Source: Macrostomum hystrix (lineage: Eukaryota; Animalia; Platyhelminthes). From it: a stretch of 64,000 nt of DNA. Shown here piece by piece: positions 36,457 to 52,811 of this stretch. The stretch lies in the NCBI GenBank assembly GCA_950097015.1, contig CATNEN010000038.1, positions 33,852,001 through 33,916,000 on the forward strand, in the 5' to 3' direction. Under the pieces are notes generated by a model, which was given only the letters and a program-made list of their open reading frames with translations, searched no databases and was not told where the DNA came from. Both the position numbers and the translations under genes were made by a program. Each line of letters begins with the position of its first letter. The stretch's first letter is position 1.

Positions 36457-39400
36457 TTATGTGTATTAATATAACTGAAAAAATACAAATTAATTTGCTG
36501 TTTTAGTAATCAACTTAGCAAAGATAAAAAGTAATAATAAGTGTTCTTTATGAGATAGGCCCTGTGTGAACATTTCTTAGACACAATTTCCCGCGAAAAA
36601 AAAGATATTTTGTTAAGGTGCACGTAAAATTTGTTTTAATGCACCTATTTGTTTATTCACACCGAAAATAAAGGTTTTAATGAAGTTGCAGAGATGAGGT
36701 GGAGAGTGAGTTTTTTGTATGAATACACGAGTAAAAGGCAAAAAAAAAAAATCAATGTGTTAAAACATTTGAAACAATTGTGTGACAGTGTTCAGAAAGC
36801 TTGAATATTAAAAGTGTTTGTCTAAAAGTTATTTGAAGATACAAAGAAAGAGAGGTGAATATAGTGAAAGGAAAGCTGTAACTCTAGATCCACTGGTAAA
36901 GCCCAAGATGGACTGAAGACTGAATTGAAGATCGATCAAAGAGGAATTGAAGAGTGATATAAAACTGATAAAGACGGATAGAGAGTGATAAAGAATGATA
37001 AAGACAGATAAATACTGATAAAGAGTAGGGTAATGTATCATCAACCAAACAAGAATGTGTATTTTTTTAACTTCAAACCTAAGCTACAGATTTTCTATAA
37101 ATAAGATATTATGATAAATCAAAAGCCAAGTTATAGAAAACAGTTACATCTTTCTAAAAAGTATCTGCTTTTGCTATTTTATCAAATAGAAAAGTTATTC
37201 CTGCTTTTTATCTATAACCGAACAATGATTTTCATGTATCTTCAAACCAAACAGAGAATTTGATGTTTGGTTTTACAATTTGAGTGAGTGGTCTAATCTT
37301 ATTTTAAGGAGTGAACTATCATGAATTGTCATTTGAAAGCATTTTTCATGCTCTATAAATAACTACATTTTTGGTCATTTAATTGGCAAGCAACAACATA
37401 CTATCTTCGTCTAAAGTACATACTGAAAAATTGTTGTTAAAAAGTATGCTTTTGCAATAAAAATTTCTACTGAAATATCAATATCTTTCTTTCCTCTTAA
37501 TGCTTCATTGCACGTCATGCCTCAGCTTGTAGATAATTTATTTAACTTTCAAATTAGTTGTTCTGTGAAACACAATAGCTTGTTTCTGTCTTGCACAAGA
37601 CCAAGGAAGAAGTCAAAATTCTTGTTTGGTTTTCAAGATACACTGTTCGGTTGATGATACATTACCCTACTTACAGAAATAATACAGCTAAGTTATAGGC
37701 CTAAGTGAAAGTTATAGAAAGGATAAAATATCTGCCATATTTAAATTACAACCAACCTCACCAAATACTGAAATACCTGCCTTATTTTTTAAGCTGATCT
37801 TATCCTGCCTAAAAAGTGATCCATCTAAAGCTCTGAGCCCTAGCTAAGTAAGCTAGTAGCTAAAGCACATTAACATAAAACTATATTTATAAAGTCACAA
37901 GTTGAAAGTGATTTATAGGAATTGTCATAAATAAGAAACCTAGAACACGTTAGTAATATGCAATGGGGTTTGGTTTTCCTCTAAGCCTAATCAATTAGCC
38001 CAATATTGCAATAAATAAGCCACATCATATACATATAAATAATTCTTTCTGCAGATAGGCAAAGGATAGGAATTAAAACGTTGGAGAAGGCTTAGCTGTA
38101 TGTAAAAAGCATTGGTTGTTCATTCTTAAGTTATGCTTAGCGATGTACAAATGCCAATAATGATAACAAAGAAATATAACTCTTATGCTCAAAGTGGTTG
38201 TGAAAACGTTTGTTAACTATTTATTACTGTTTTATAAAAATAATCACGACGCTTTTGTGATTTTAAAACGCAATAAAAAGGTTAATTAGTAATACACTTA
38301 GCAAGCTAATATAAAAAGAAATTGTTAATTTAAAATATATATTTAATTGTGCATGCTTTGAGAACAAGAAATGCAATGCCTTTTTGTTTGAATATGCAAG
38401 ACGGAAAAATATCTAGATAGGAATAAATCTCATTTTCGACGATTTACTTTCTCATTGAATAGGGCCTAGAGATTGGTCTCGCTATAGGTAGAGCGGTTAA
38501 CAAAGCGACTAATTAACTTGTTAAAAGTCATTTCTTATAAGATCAAAGCCATTGAGCTGATAAATATGTAAATATAAATATGTTAAAGTTTTACGCTGTT
38601 TTAGGTCCTTCCTATTGCTGGCTAAAGCAGATACCAGAACAATCCCGAATAAGTTCTGAATTTCCATGAAATATAGCAGTAAAACCTCACTTTATTATGT
38701 AGATGTAGCATAATGACCGAAATTCAATCCATTTAATTTCTGTTAACTCTTTTAACTCTTTCTACTAGCTGTTGACTCTGCGATTTTCAACATAACAATA
38801 AGTACAATCCTCCAAAATATAAAATAAGCCTGGCTGTTCTCGTTCAGAGGTCCTGCAAAATTTTACTGCGGCTTTTTTGACTAAACTAAGAAATGATTTA
38901 ATTCATTGCGGAATAAGCTACATATTTATAGATAGCCATTTTGCTAATCAAAATATTCGATGTAGAGTTCGTGCGATAGCGATTTTAAGGGAGTGCAATA
39001 ATATTTTTGGATAGGTTCCCTGCGTCCCTTCCCTGCCCGATGACTCGATCATCCTGTGTGATCTTGAGCAGTCAAGGTCCTTCTCCCGTGTAAATCAAAT
39101 TTTTCTTTCTATCAGTATATTTTTATTTTTCTATCAAAACGCACCCACCTCCCTCAATCTGCCATGAATTTTGACTCATCTAACTGTCAAGCGCTTCCTT
39201 TATTATTGCGCACATATAATCATTTCAGCTTTTTAGATCTCACACACATATACGAGCTCCCTCCTTTCTTTGTTGTCATTGTCATTAATTATCATTGCGT
39301 ATAATTGCGCATGCACACTTTTACTGTAGGTAATGATCATCCTTTTTCCCAGTTCCGTACCCACCCACTCTCTAATCGATCTATCACCGATCAGCAAGCG

Positions 39401-39649
39401 AGGCACGTGATCTGGCTGTCCAACATCTCGGTCAAGGTCGGGCTGAGCACGCGACCACGGCGTGATGGAAGTAATAAGTAAAATTAATAAGGAGTGAGTT
39501 AGTGCAGGGCCGAAGAATGAGGCCATGAGTGCTCAGAGTGGATGGTTCCGCAACAGACCCAGAGTCCATATAGACGATAGACAGCGAATATATAAATAAT
39601 CCAACTTAATGCTAATGTAACACTAACTTACCTTAATTACCAAAGCTAA

Positions 39650-39760
39650 TCCTGTTCCTTTTAAACAACTGGTTGAATTGAAGCAATGCAGAGTTAAGTG
39701 TCTTGCTAAAGGACACAAATCGTTCAGTGGAGTCGGTAAACGAACCTTTGACCCTTCAAT
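39650..39760 (-). mobile_element. Decayed SINE fragment (B-box-like + CORE-like GTGTCCTTTAGCAAGACACTTAAC)
   Basis: Minus strand reads GGTTCGTTTACC...GTGTCCTTTAGCAAGACACTTAACTCTGCATTGCT, resembling the conserved CCTTGGGCAAGTCACTTAAC CORE-SINE motif. Confidence 0.4.
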
Positions 39761-41494
39761 GCGTAAGTGAATATATTGCTTTATTAAAATATAGATAACA
39801 ATACTCTCGATTCATATGAAGCCATTCAGGAAACAGAAAGCTTTTACATATACACATACAAGCGTACGAAATAAAAAAGCAGAAGAAATGTGCAAATTTT
39901 CTTCAAAAGATGGAAACCACTGACTGCTCTTTCACACGAATCACCCGAGCCGTGTATTTACTTTTTGTCAACAAAACGTGGTTGATTATAGTTTGGGTAA
40001 CAGTTGGATTTCTTTGTGATAGTTTTGCGATTTTTAGGTTCAGGTTTTTTGTTAAAACTGGTGATGACGCATTTTTATTTTGATTAAAAAATATCGCGAA
40101 TAGTTTAGATAGACGAATTTTGAAGCCAATTAGAAGGCCGCTTGTGTAAAACAGTTTTTTAGTCGGGCAGATTTTTCTGAACTGAATAACTCGTAATATA
40201 GATATTATGTATAAATAAACTAAAAAGGTAAAAATCAAATAGAAGTAGCACTCGCACGTCGAAGTACTTTTCGCAAATATTTATCGCGTAAAATGCCCTA
40301 GATATATTCTCTTCCTAGTGACAGTGACAAAGCTTGCCTGCTTTTACTAACCAATCAGCTTTGTTAGCCATACATATATTAACGAATTTCCCTAAAAAAA
40401 GCAAATGAAAAGTGTTCAAGAATAGAAAGGAAAACTACAGCTTCAGGCGACTATTCCGGTGCCTTAATTTCTTAGCGATTTAAGAAGCTGGTCTATATTA
40501 GCGTCCAAACTAAATTGCCAGCAACAATCGAGGCCTTAAGGACACAAAATGCAAAACAGAAATAGGTATAATCAAACTTAAAAATGTAATTAGATTTCAA
40601 ATATAATCAAGGCGTTTTCTTCAGTAATAAATTTAGGAAGAGAAAAACAATGTTGTCCTAGAATTGAATGAAAATTATAAAACAGATTTTCATTTAGATA
40701 ATAAAACCATAGCAACACACGCCTTTAAAAACGTCGTATTAAACCACTGTTTTACTATCTTCTCTCCTTCAGGCCTCCAACATAACGAAGGGACAGGCAG
40801 TTTTGCGGCAGACAAAAAGAGGAGATCAGAACACACAAAGTCACAAACTCTCACACACACACTTTACTCCGCCTTGACAACAAAGGGCAGAAAAAACACG
40901 TTGACAGAGAAATCGAATTATCGCGTAGTAACGGAATTTTTTTGAAACAAAAATTTTTTGCGTATTTAAATGGGTTTTACAATTTTTTTGAGGCGCCGAC
41001 CAAACGCTAACAACTTTAGCGAGACAAATAATAAGAACACCCGACTATTAATATATTAAAATCGGGTAATAATTTATTATTATTCTGGTTAGCTGGTAAG
41101 CTAGTCGGGCGCATGTTTTTTGTGTTAATACTCGAATAATAGTTCTCTCACATCGGCTATTAACCACTTACCGCAGCTAGAAGACACAAACGCATGCCAA
41201 TAAAAACTAGTGCTTTGGACCTACACACACAAGTGCCAGGGACTTTTTGTACGATTAACATTTTAGCAGCTACGATTAAACTTGTTCTTATTTATTCGAA
41301 ATGGACTGTTAAGCGTAAAATATATGGCCTTTTCAATTTAGTTAATAGAACTCTACGACTCTGATAACTTAAAATAAACTTTTGAAAAAAATTACCGACT
41401 TAACCCTTTTTGAAACCAACGTAGGCGTGCAATAATGTTCAATTCTGTTGTAGCCTACAGATCATTGTCATTATTAATTGGTCAATAAACGACT

Positions 41495-46570
<5,076 letters not shown>

Positions 46571-47624
46571 TTACGTGTTGTGTCTTTAGATACGAAAAGT
46601 AACCGATGTTTTTGTACTGTAGATTATCCAAGCAATGTTTTTATGATCGACGACAATAAGTCGCGAATAAGAATTTTCAGTGACTGTTCGTGTAAGTAAA
46701 AAGTGAATGTGTAAAAAAGTAAAGCTAATAAGACGAGCGGGTTGGCTTTACAGATTGAGCAATTCAATTCATGATACCCTAGTAAAACAAATAAAGGTTT
46801 TTAAAGATGCAGTAGACATGATTAGCTAGTTAAATTTATAAATCCCTATAACACAGTAATATGTTAAACTGTTATTAAGTATTTCCACCATCTAGGCCCT
46901 TAATATCTATGCAAGCACAATTTAATCGAGGTTTAAATAGACTAAATTATTGACTTGACCAAACACACTAGTTTATTGCTAGTCACCTCGCTAGTCAATA
47001 TTGCTAGTTGCTAGTCTACCAGTTTTTGACGAGTATACCCGCCCTAGTAAACCAGGATACGATGATTATAAGCCCATTATTCTGATTGGGTTTCCGTGTT
47101 GATTTTTCTAAAACATGTAAACGAAGGATTTTTGCATGCATCTTGCTCCACTTTGTTGTCACAATGAACATATCCAAAAGCATTTTTATCTGAATTGCGA
47201 CAAAGCCGAAAAATTAGCAAAACAGCCTTGTGCCACTTTCCAAACTTAAAAAATTGTTGGTATGCGTTTCAGAACGCTTATGACCCATGAGGGCGGGTCC
47301 GCAGGGCCTCATGGCTGAAGACTAATTCATTTATGAGTTAGCCAGGAGATTGAGTCGAGACCAGAGGTCGTGAGGTTAGTGGTAATAGCGGGCCAGGCGA
47401 ACTAAGGAGCGACGTGTCGTTGGAGAAGTGAAGGCGGGGCAGGTGGAAGGTTGAGAGGCTTGGGTTGAGCTTGTCTCGGATAGGTCTAGCTGCTGCAGGC
47501 GGCAAATGGCCATGATTGCAGAGCTGCTGAGCGAGAGACTTGCAGAGGACTTACTTGTCTAGGAAGCAGGAACTTAAGTTGATTGAAGAGCTTTCAACTT
47601 TGCAGCACTTCGAGCTGCTTCGGC

Positions 47625-48380
47625 ATCCGTCTTGACGATGCTAGGGAACGAAACGGAGCACCACCGGCGACTCACAGCAGTTCTGAACAGACTGCTGGCC
47701 CATGGCGCCAAGCTCAACGCCTCCAAGTGCCACTGGGTTGCGAATTCTGTACAGCTAGTTCCTGGGCAACTTGTCTCCGAGAGCGGCCCTCAACTGATGC
47801 AGTCTACCATAGAAGCCATCGAGGCGGTACCTTTGCCTCCGAGCCAGGCGGTCGGTGGCAGAGTGGTTATCGCGTTTGCCTCTCGTACCACGGTCCCTAA
47901 GTTCGATTCCACGGCGAGGCCACATTTATTTAGGGCGCAGCCGCGGGGGCTTGAGGGCTTGTCGTGCAATTTACGTTCATGAGGGCCAATTCCTCCAAGG
48001 CACAGTGAAATGTACACTGCCTGACGATGAGAAAGTCAGGGCAGATGTACACACCTGTGTGAGCGTGTGCCTGCGTACAGTATCTGTGTGCGTGTGTGCT
48101 CTCAGCAGTCAGCGAAATGGGCAGAATTGCCTCCTCGCTGGCTGCGGGTCAGGTCACTAAAATGATGTGCCATTGCCCGCAGCCCTCCTGCAATTATCAT
48201 TATTATTATTATTGCCTCCGAGCCTCAGGCGGTTACATATTTTCTAGGAGTAATCAAATTCTATTTGAACTTTCATAATAATCTGTCCGGCATCGCCGAG
48301 CCATTTTTGAAGCTTCTGCGCAAAGACCAGCCTTGAAAACGGACAGCGGACTATTAAAAATCGTTTTTCAAAACGCTTCA
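47625..48380 (+). pseudogene. Decayed Ty3/gypsy reverse transcriptase fragment, interrupted by a SINE
   Basis: RLDD, then frameshifted EHHRRLTAVLNRLLAHGAKLNASKC..VSESG..IEAIEAVPLP, then after the SINE FLGVIKFY..NLSGIAEPFLKLLRKDQP*. This is typical of the gypsy RT C-terminal half; it carries stops and frameshifts. Confidence 0.8.
47846..48211 (+). mobile_element. Full-length tRNA-derived SINE with (ATT)n tail and 13-bp TSD
   Basis: A box TGGCAGAGTGG (47856-47866), B box GTTCGATTCC (47901-47910), tail ATTATCATTATTATTATTA. TSD TTGCCTCCGAGCC at 47833-47845 and 48212-48224. Confidence 0.93.
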
Positions 48381-48609
48381 AAACGAGAAGATGGTGGTAT
48401 CTCCAACCTGTCTGCGAATTCTCAATCCCGATGAAAAAATCTTTCTGGCTGAAAAAAACAATTCAGCCGGTAAATCAGATCCGCGCATGCCAACGGTGCA
48501 AGGACTACTATGAGTAGAAGGACGGGAAACTACGTTTCTTGGAAAAATATTTTCCTGGGATGTTGACAGGCCCATCCACAGACGCCGATGTTAAACTGTG
48601 AAGTCCCCG

Positions 48610-49905
48610 ATACGTTCAGAACGTCAACAGGTTGATGGCCATTACCACCTGGCCCAGTTGTTGCATCGAACTAGGGGTGTTCGGGTTTCCATTTTTTCCG
48701 GGTTCGGGGTATACCCTGAACCCGGTACACTGACCCCGAACCCGGAACCCGACCCGAGCCCTTAAACCCGAACCCGGAACCCGACCCGGACTTAAAACCC
48801 GACCCGACCCCGAACTTTACCCGACTATCTCCTGGACTTATAGTCATGGTTGAGGACAGTATGCTTGTCTTAAAATACCAGTATTCCGCCTTTTCCTCTT
48901 TCTACTTTTCAATTGTTAACTCTTCTCCCCATTATGACTACACTACTCAACTCCTCAGTAGTACTTATGATTTTGATAAGCATCTAAAAGATCAGGTAGG
49001 TCAGGTAGACTCTGACCTACCTGACTGTGTTCATATTTATCTGCTCTTATAGTCTCAGACATGCTGCTAGTCAGTAGTCAGCAACAGAGTAGCCCTAGCC
49101 CCTAATATATAAATTATAAGCTAAGGCTAAAAGCAAGGCTAAGGCTAGAGCTAATATGCTAGAAAAATAAATCGCTAAGAAACTTTTGGATGAATGGATG
49201 ACAGTAAACGAACCTGCTATATAGAGAATAGATAATCATTAATATGATTTGCTCTGTTTAGTAAAGGTCTACAAGTTCTCTGTTAGCCTGGATGTGGGAT
49301 TACCTACTTAACTAGCTGGCTAGGTAAAAATAATACATAATTAAATACATAAGACAGTTTAGACTTTAGAAATATAGATCATTCCTTTCACTATGGAATA
49401 TTATAATGCAGGGCCGAAAATTCATAGAATGACATATTTACGTCAGAATGATTACTGGATCACCATTATTAAGTCCTTCCTTAGTGCAGTGCATTATGCG
49501 TACGCCAGTTTAGTTCACGTGGTAATTTTTTTGAATTGGCGCGATTCTGAAAGACGCTTTATCACATATTAAGGCAATACTAATTAAGCAAAACTGAAAT
49601 AAAATTAAAAAATCCGGAAACCCCGAACCCGGTGCCAAAACCCGACCCGGAAACCCGAACCCGAACACCCTACCCCGAACCTCGAACCCGACCCGGACAC
49701 CTACCCCTGAACCCCGAACCCGGTACCAAAACCCGACCCGAAACCGGACCCGACCCCGAACCCGAACACCCCTACATCGAACCATACGCAAACAGCCGGT
49801 CTGATGTTGGGTGCAGCTGTAGCCTCTGTCGCAAACTCTCGAACATGGCCCTGTTGATCAAGTTGCGCGCTGCTCCACTGTGGATGAGCATAGGCAGTAT
49901 TTTTA
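48610..49905 (-). pseudogene. Decayed LTR-retrotransposon aspartic protease, split by the hAT element
   Basis: Removing the hAT plus one TSD copy gives ILPMLIHSGAARNLINRAMFESLRQRLQLHPTSDRLFAYGSMQQLGQV in one frame. This is a retropepsin-like LID(S/T)GA motif with D>H. Confidence 0.65.
48672..49774. mobile_element. Non-autonomous hAT-type DNA transposon (1103 bp)
   Basis: 16-bp TIR TAGGGGTGTTCGGGTT / AACCCGAACACCCCTA. Perfect 8-bp TSD CATCGAAC (48664-48671, 49775-49782). Subterminal ACCCGA/CCCGAAC clusters at both ends. No transposase ORF. Confidence 0.93.
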
Positions 49906-50998
49906 GTTGATAATCAGTGAGCCGGTTGCTTGTGCTGTTCCAACTCAAGATTCCTGCATGGGTCCGTGATCGAGGTAGTCAGGTGCACATTACGAGTATC
50001 ATTAAAGTACAAATAGTGAGCATGGCAAGCTGCATTGCATTTACGCATCGCACATCCACCTAGTTTAACGTCCACCAACTTTATATTATAGTTAAACGTG
50101 CTTGCAAGGGCAAAAGTGTGCCCTACAAAAATTCACTTTGTGAAAAACAAACTGCACTTAAGAAACTTCGTATTTATAACTACCCAAAGCTATGGAGGAC
50201 AAACAAGTAAGCGTTAACAAAAATGGCGGATTAACGATCAAACCCGCTTTTAGCGTCGCAGCTAACGAATAAGCAATAAACGCCAATTCGTGATTAATTG
50301 CCTCAAGAGTATTCAAGAAGCGCATTAGCCTATCGAGGTCTTAGCCGGTAAAATCCGGCTTTGAAACGTTTGATCTTTTCTTTTTCTTTTTCTTTAAGCT
50401 TCAAGCAGTTTATATTTATGAAAAATTTATGGGCGATAGTATTGTATACTGGTTCAGCATGCTGCAACAATGCGTCCATGACTGCACGCATGCTGTGTAT
50501 GTTTGTGTTGCGTCTCTTAAATTAAAGTCCTCGCTATGGATAAAATAACGTTGTGTTGGTTTGAAAATAATATACATTCGCACTGGTAGCGTGAGGTTAA
50601 AATTGAGCATTTATACCATATGGGGGACCATACATTATAGTTATTGAACTGAGCAAGCGCTCTCTACATAGGGTTGATAATTCTTTGCGCTGAAGCTACT
50701 TGACTATTGGCATGGAGACAGAATATATGCTACATGTCGCTACACTTATACGATCACAATACGAGTACAAAGTAGAGTTCAATAAAGACTGCCGATTGAA
50801 AAGCTATTCACCCAGTATTCACTTACCAATTCCAACAGTTACCCTCCAATCAAATTGCGCCGCCAAACTCTGCATAGCTGCCTTGCACTATAGCCGCTGT
50901 GTGTTCTGCCCCGGAACTTTATAAAAACTCAAATTGCTGCTGTGGAACATGAACTAGAGGACAAGGTTCATTATTGTTACAAAAAATTATCCCGGCCG

Positions 50999-52393
50999 AT
51001 GAGAGCGATGAAGTCTAGACTGAACACGGTCATTGTTGCCTTGTCAATTATTTTGCTCAGCAGCTCAGACATTGTGTACTGCGACGAATCCAACTCCGAG
51101 CAGACTGCCATTCAGTCGTCTCTCCGGCTGGAGAAGTCAAGAAACGAAAGCCTGACATCGTTCACGCACAGTCTGGTTGAATCGATGCGCTATGATCGAC
51201 ACTTTCGCCCTGTCCCAGCCGACGGTGGACCAACTGACGTCTACGCTTGCTACCACATCGACAGTTTCGGGCCTATCGACGTGATGCGAATGGACTTCTC
51301 AGCTGAGATTGTGCTTCATCTGCGCTGGGTCGATCGGCGTCTGTCTTTTCTCGGACACAACGACAGGCTAGTGCTCAGCCAGCTGCTGGAGCGCGTCTGG
51401 CGACCGGACGTCTTCTTTCAGAACGCGAAGAGCATCGTTCGACACGACCTACCATCGAGGAACTTTCTATTGTGGCTGTGGCCGAATGGAACTCTGCTCT
51501 TTAGTCAGAAACTGCAGCTACGCCTGCACTGTCCGATGAATCTTAAAGATTTTCCATTCGATGTGCAAACCTGTGCAATGAAGATGACCAGCTTCGGCAT
51601 GAGCACCGATGACTTAATGATGCACTGGGCCAATCAGGACAGTGAATCTGGCATCGCAGTCGACGGAGTTGCTTTTACGAACGAAATAGCCACCTTCCTG
51701 AATCAGTACTACCCGCCGCTGTGCAACTACACCACAGGGACCAGCTTCTCACTGCTCACTGGTAGGAACTTCAGCTACCTTCACGCAAGCTTTACACTCA
51801 AGCGCAGACAGTTGTCCTACCTGATTAATGACTACCTGCCATCGATATTCATAGTCCTGATTACTTGGTCGTCGTTTGCCATAGACTATAACGCAGCACC
51901 GGCGCGAGTGTCTCTATCCATACTAAGCCTGCTTGCTCTGCTCACTGAAACGGTGGCCATGGAGCGCAAACTCCCACCCGTATCCTACATAACAGCTTTA
52001 GGTATTTGGCACATCTGCTGCATCGCATTCATTCACCTGTCATTGCTAGAGTACATGGTGATCAATCTGTTGAAGCGTCGGCAGGAGCGACGCACGACGA
52101 ATGCCGTTGCGATCAATGAGCGCCGGGAACGACGTAGACTTATGAAATCGGCTTCGACCAGGACGGAAAAACAAAAGGCGCCAGTTGGACTGGAGGACTT
52201 GCAGTCTGTGATGATAGAGGACAATGGAACTGGGACAAGCGTTCGCAGACGAACAATGTTTTATCATAACTGGCGCCTGACACCGGCCACGCTCGATCTA
52301 ATCTTTTTGTTCTCTTATCCGACTGCTTTCGCTTTGTTTAACGTTGTTTACTGGTGCGTAATTATTCCAAAAAATGCAGTCAGATGGGACTGA
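50999..52393 (+). CDS. Intronless Cys-loop ligand-gated ion channel subunit, predicted anion-selective (GlyR/GluCl/GABA-A-like), ~464 aa
   Basis: Signal peptide after Met 50999/51008, then YDRHFRP, WVDRRL, VWRPDVFFQNAK and Cys-loop CPMNLKDFPFDVQTC. Four TM segments, with M2 preceded by the PAR motif (AAPARVSLSILSLLALLTE). M4 DLIFLFSYPTAFALFNVVYW. Confidence 0.93.
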   Translation: MRAMKSRLNTVIVALSIILLSSSDIVYCDESNSEQTAIQSSLRLEKSRNESLTSFTHSLVESMRYDRHFRPVPADGGPTDVYACYHIDSFGPIDVMRMDFSAEIVLHLRWVDRRLSFLGHNDRLVLSQLLERVWRPDVFFQNAKSIVRHDLPSRNFLLWLWPNGTLLFSQKLQLRLHCPMNLKDFPFDVQTCAMKMTSFGMSTDDLMMHWANQDSESGIAVDGVAFTNEIATFLNQYYPPLCNYTTGTSFSLLTGRNFSYLHASFTLKRRQLSYLINDYLPSIFIVLITWSSFAIDYNAAPARVSLSILSLLALLTETVAMERKLPPVSYITALGIWHICCIAFIHLSLLEYMVINLLKRRQERRTTNAVAINERRERRRLMKSASTRTEKQKAPVGLEDLQSVMIEDNGTGTSVRRRTMFYHNWRLTPATLDLIFLFSYPTAFALFNVVYWCVIIPKNAVRWD

Positions 52394-52750
52394 TATTTTT
52401 TGCTATTATATCATCGCCTTGATGACAACCGACAAGGGAATCTCTCGTACAGACTGCTAAAAAATTGCAAGCTGAAAAGCAACAGTTTACCAGGTTAACG
52501 CAGCCTTTAACTTTGTTTAACTTTGTTGATCAGCCTTCAAAACTTGATCCGACGATTCAATCTGCTTTTTCAAAAGACACCATTTAAATTATTGAAATCG
52601 TGCGTCAGGTACTTTTATCCCATCGGAATAGAGCAAGGCCTACTATACAACACAGTGTTGTTTAGTAGTCCCAGAAATAGAGCTTCGTTTTTTGTAGAAT
52701 TAGATCCGGTTGAGTAGCTAAAAATATATATCTCATTCATATATACATAT

Positions 52751-52811
52751 GAATTCCCCCCCTTGGTATGAAAAGTAAAACGGGCGCAAAATTAATTTGG
52801 TAGTTCTACTT
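52751..52811. mobile_element. Solo terminal fragment of the 1747-2417 MITE family
   Basis: The reverse complement reads TTAAAAGTAGAACTACCAA..TTTTGCGCCCGTTTT..ATACCAAGGGGGGGAATTC, colinear with 1743-1800. Confidence 0.7.

Noticed and set aside
39185-39555. TGT...ACA-bounded segment as a solo LTR, with ORF 39233-39526 having a signal-peptide-like start
   Set aside because: The flanks show no target-site duplication, and the ORF has no recognisable domain or supported downstream exons.
50942-50998. ORF-track start of the channel at 50942
   Set aside because: It is a GTG. The first ATGs at 50999/51008 directly precede the signal peptide.
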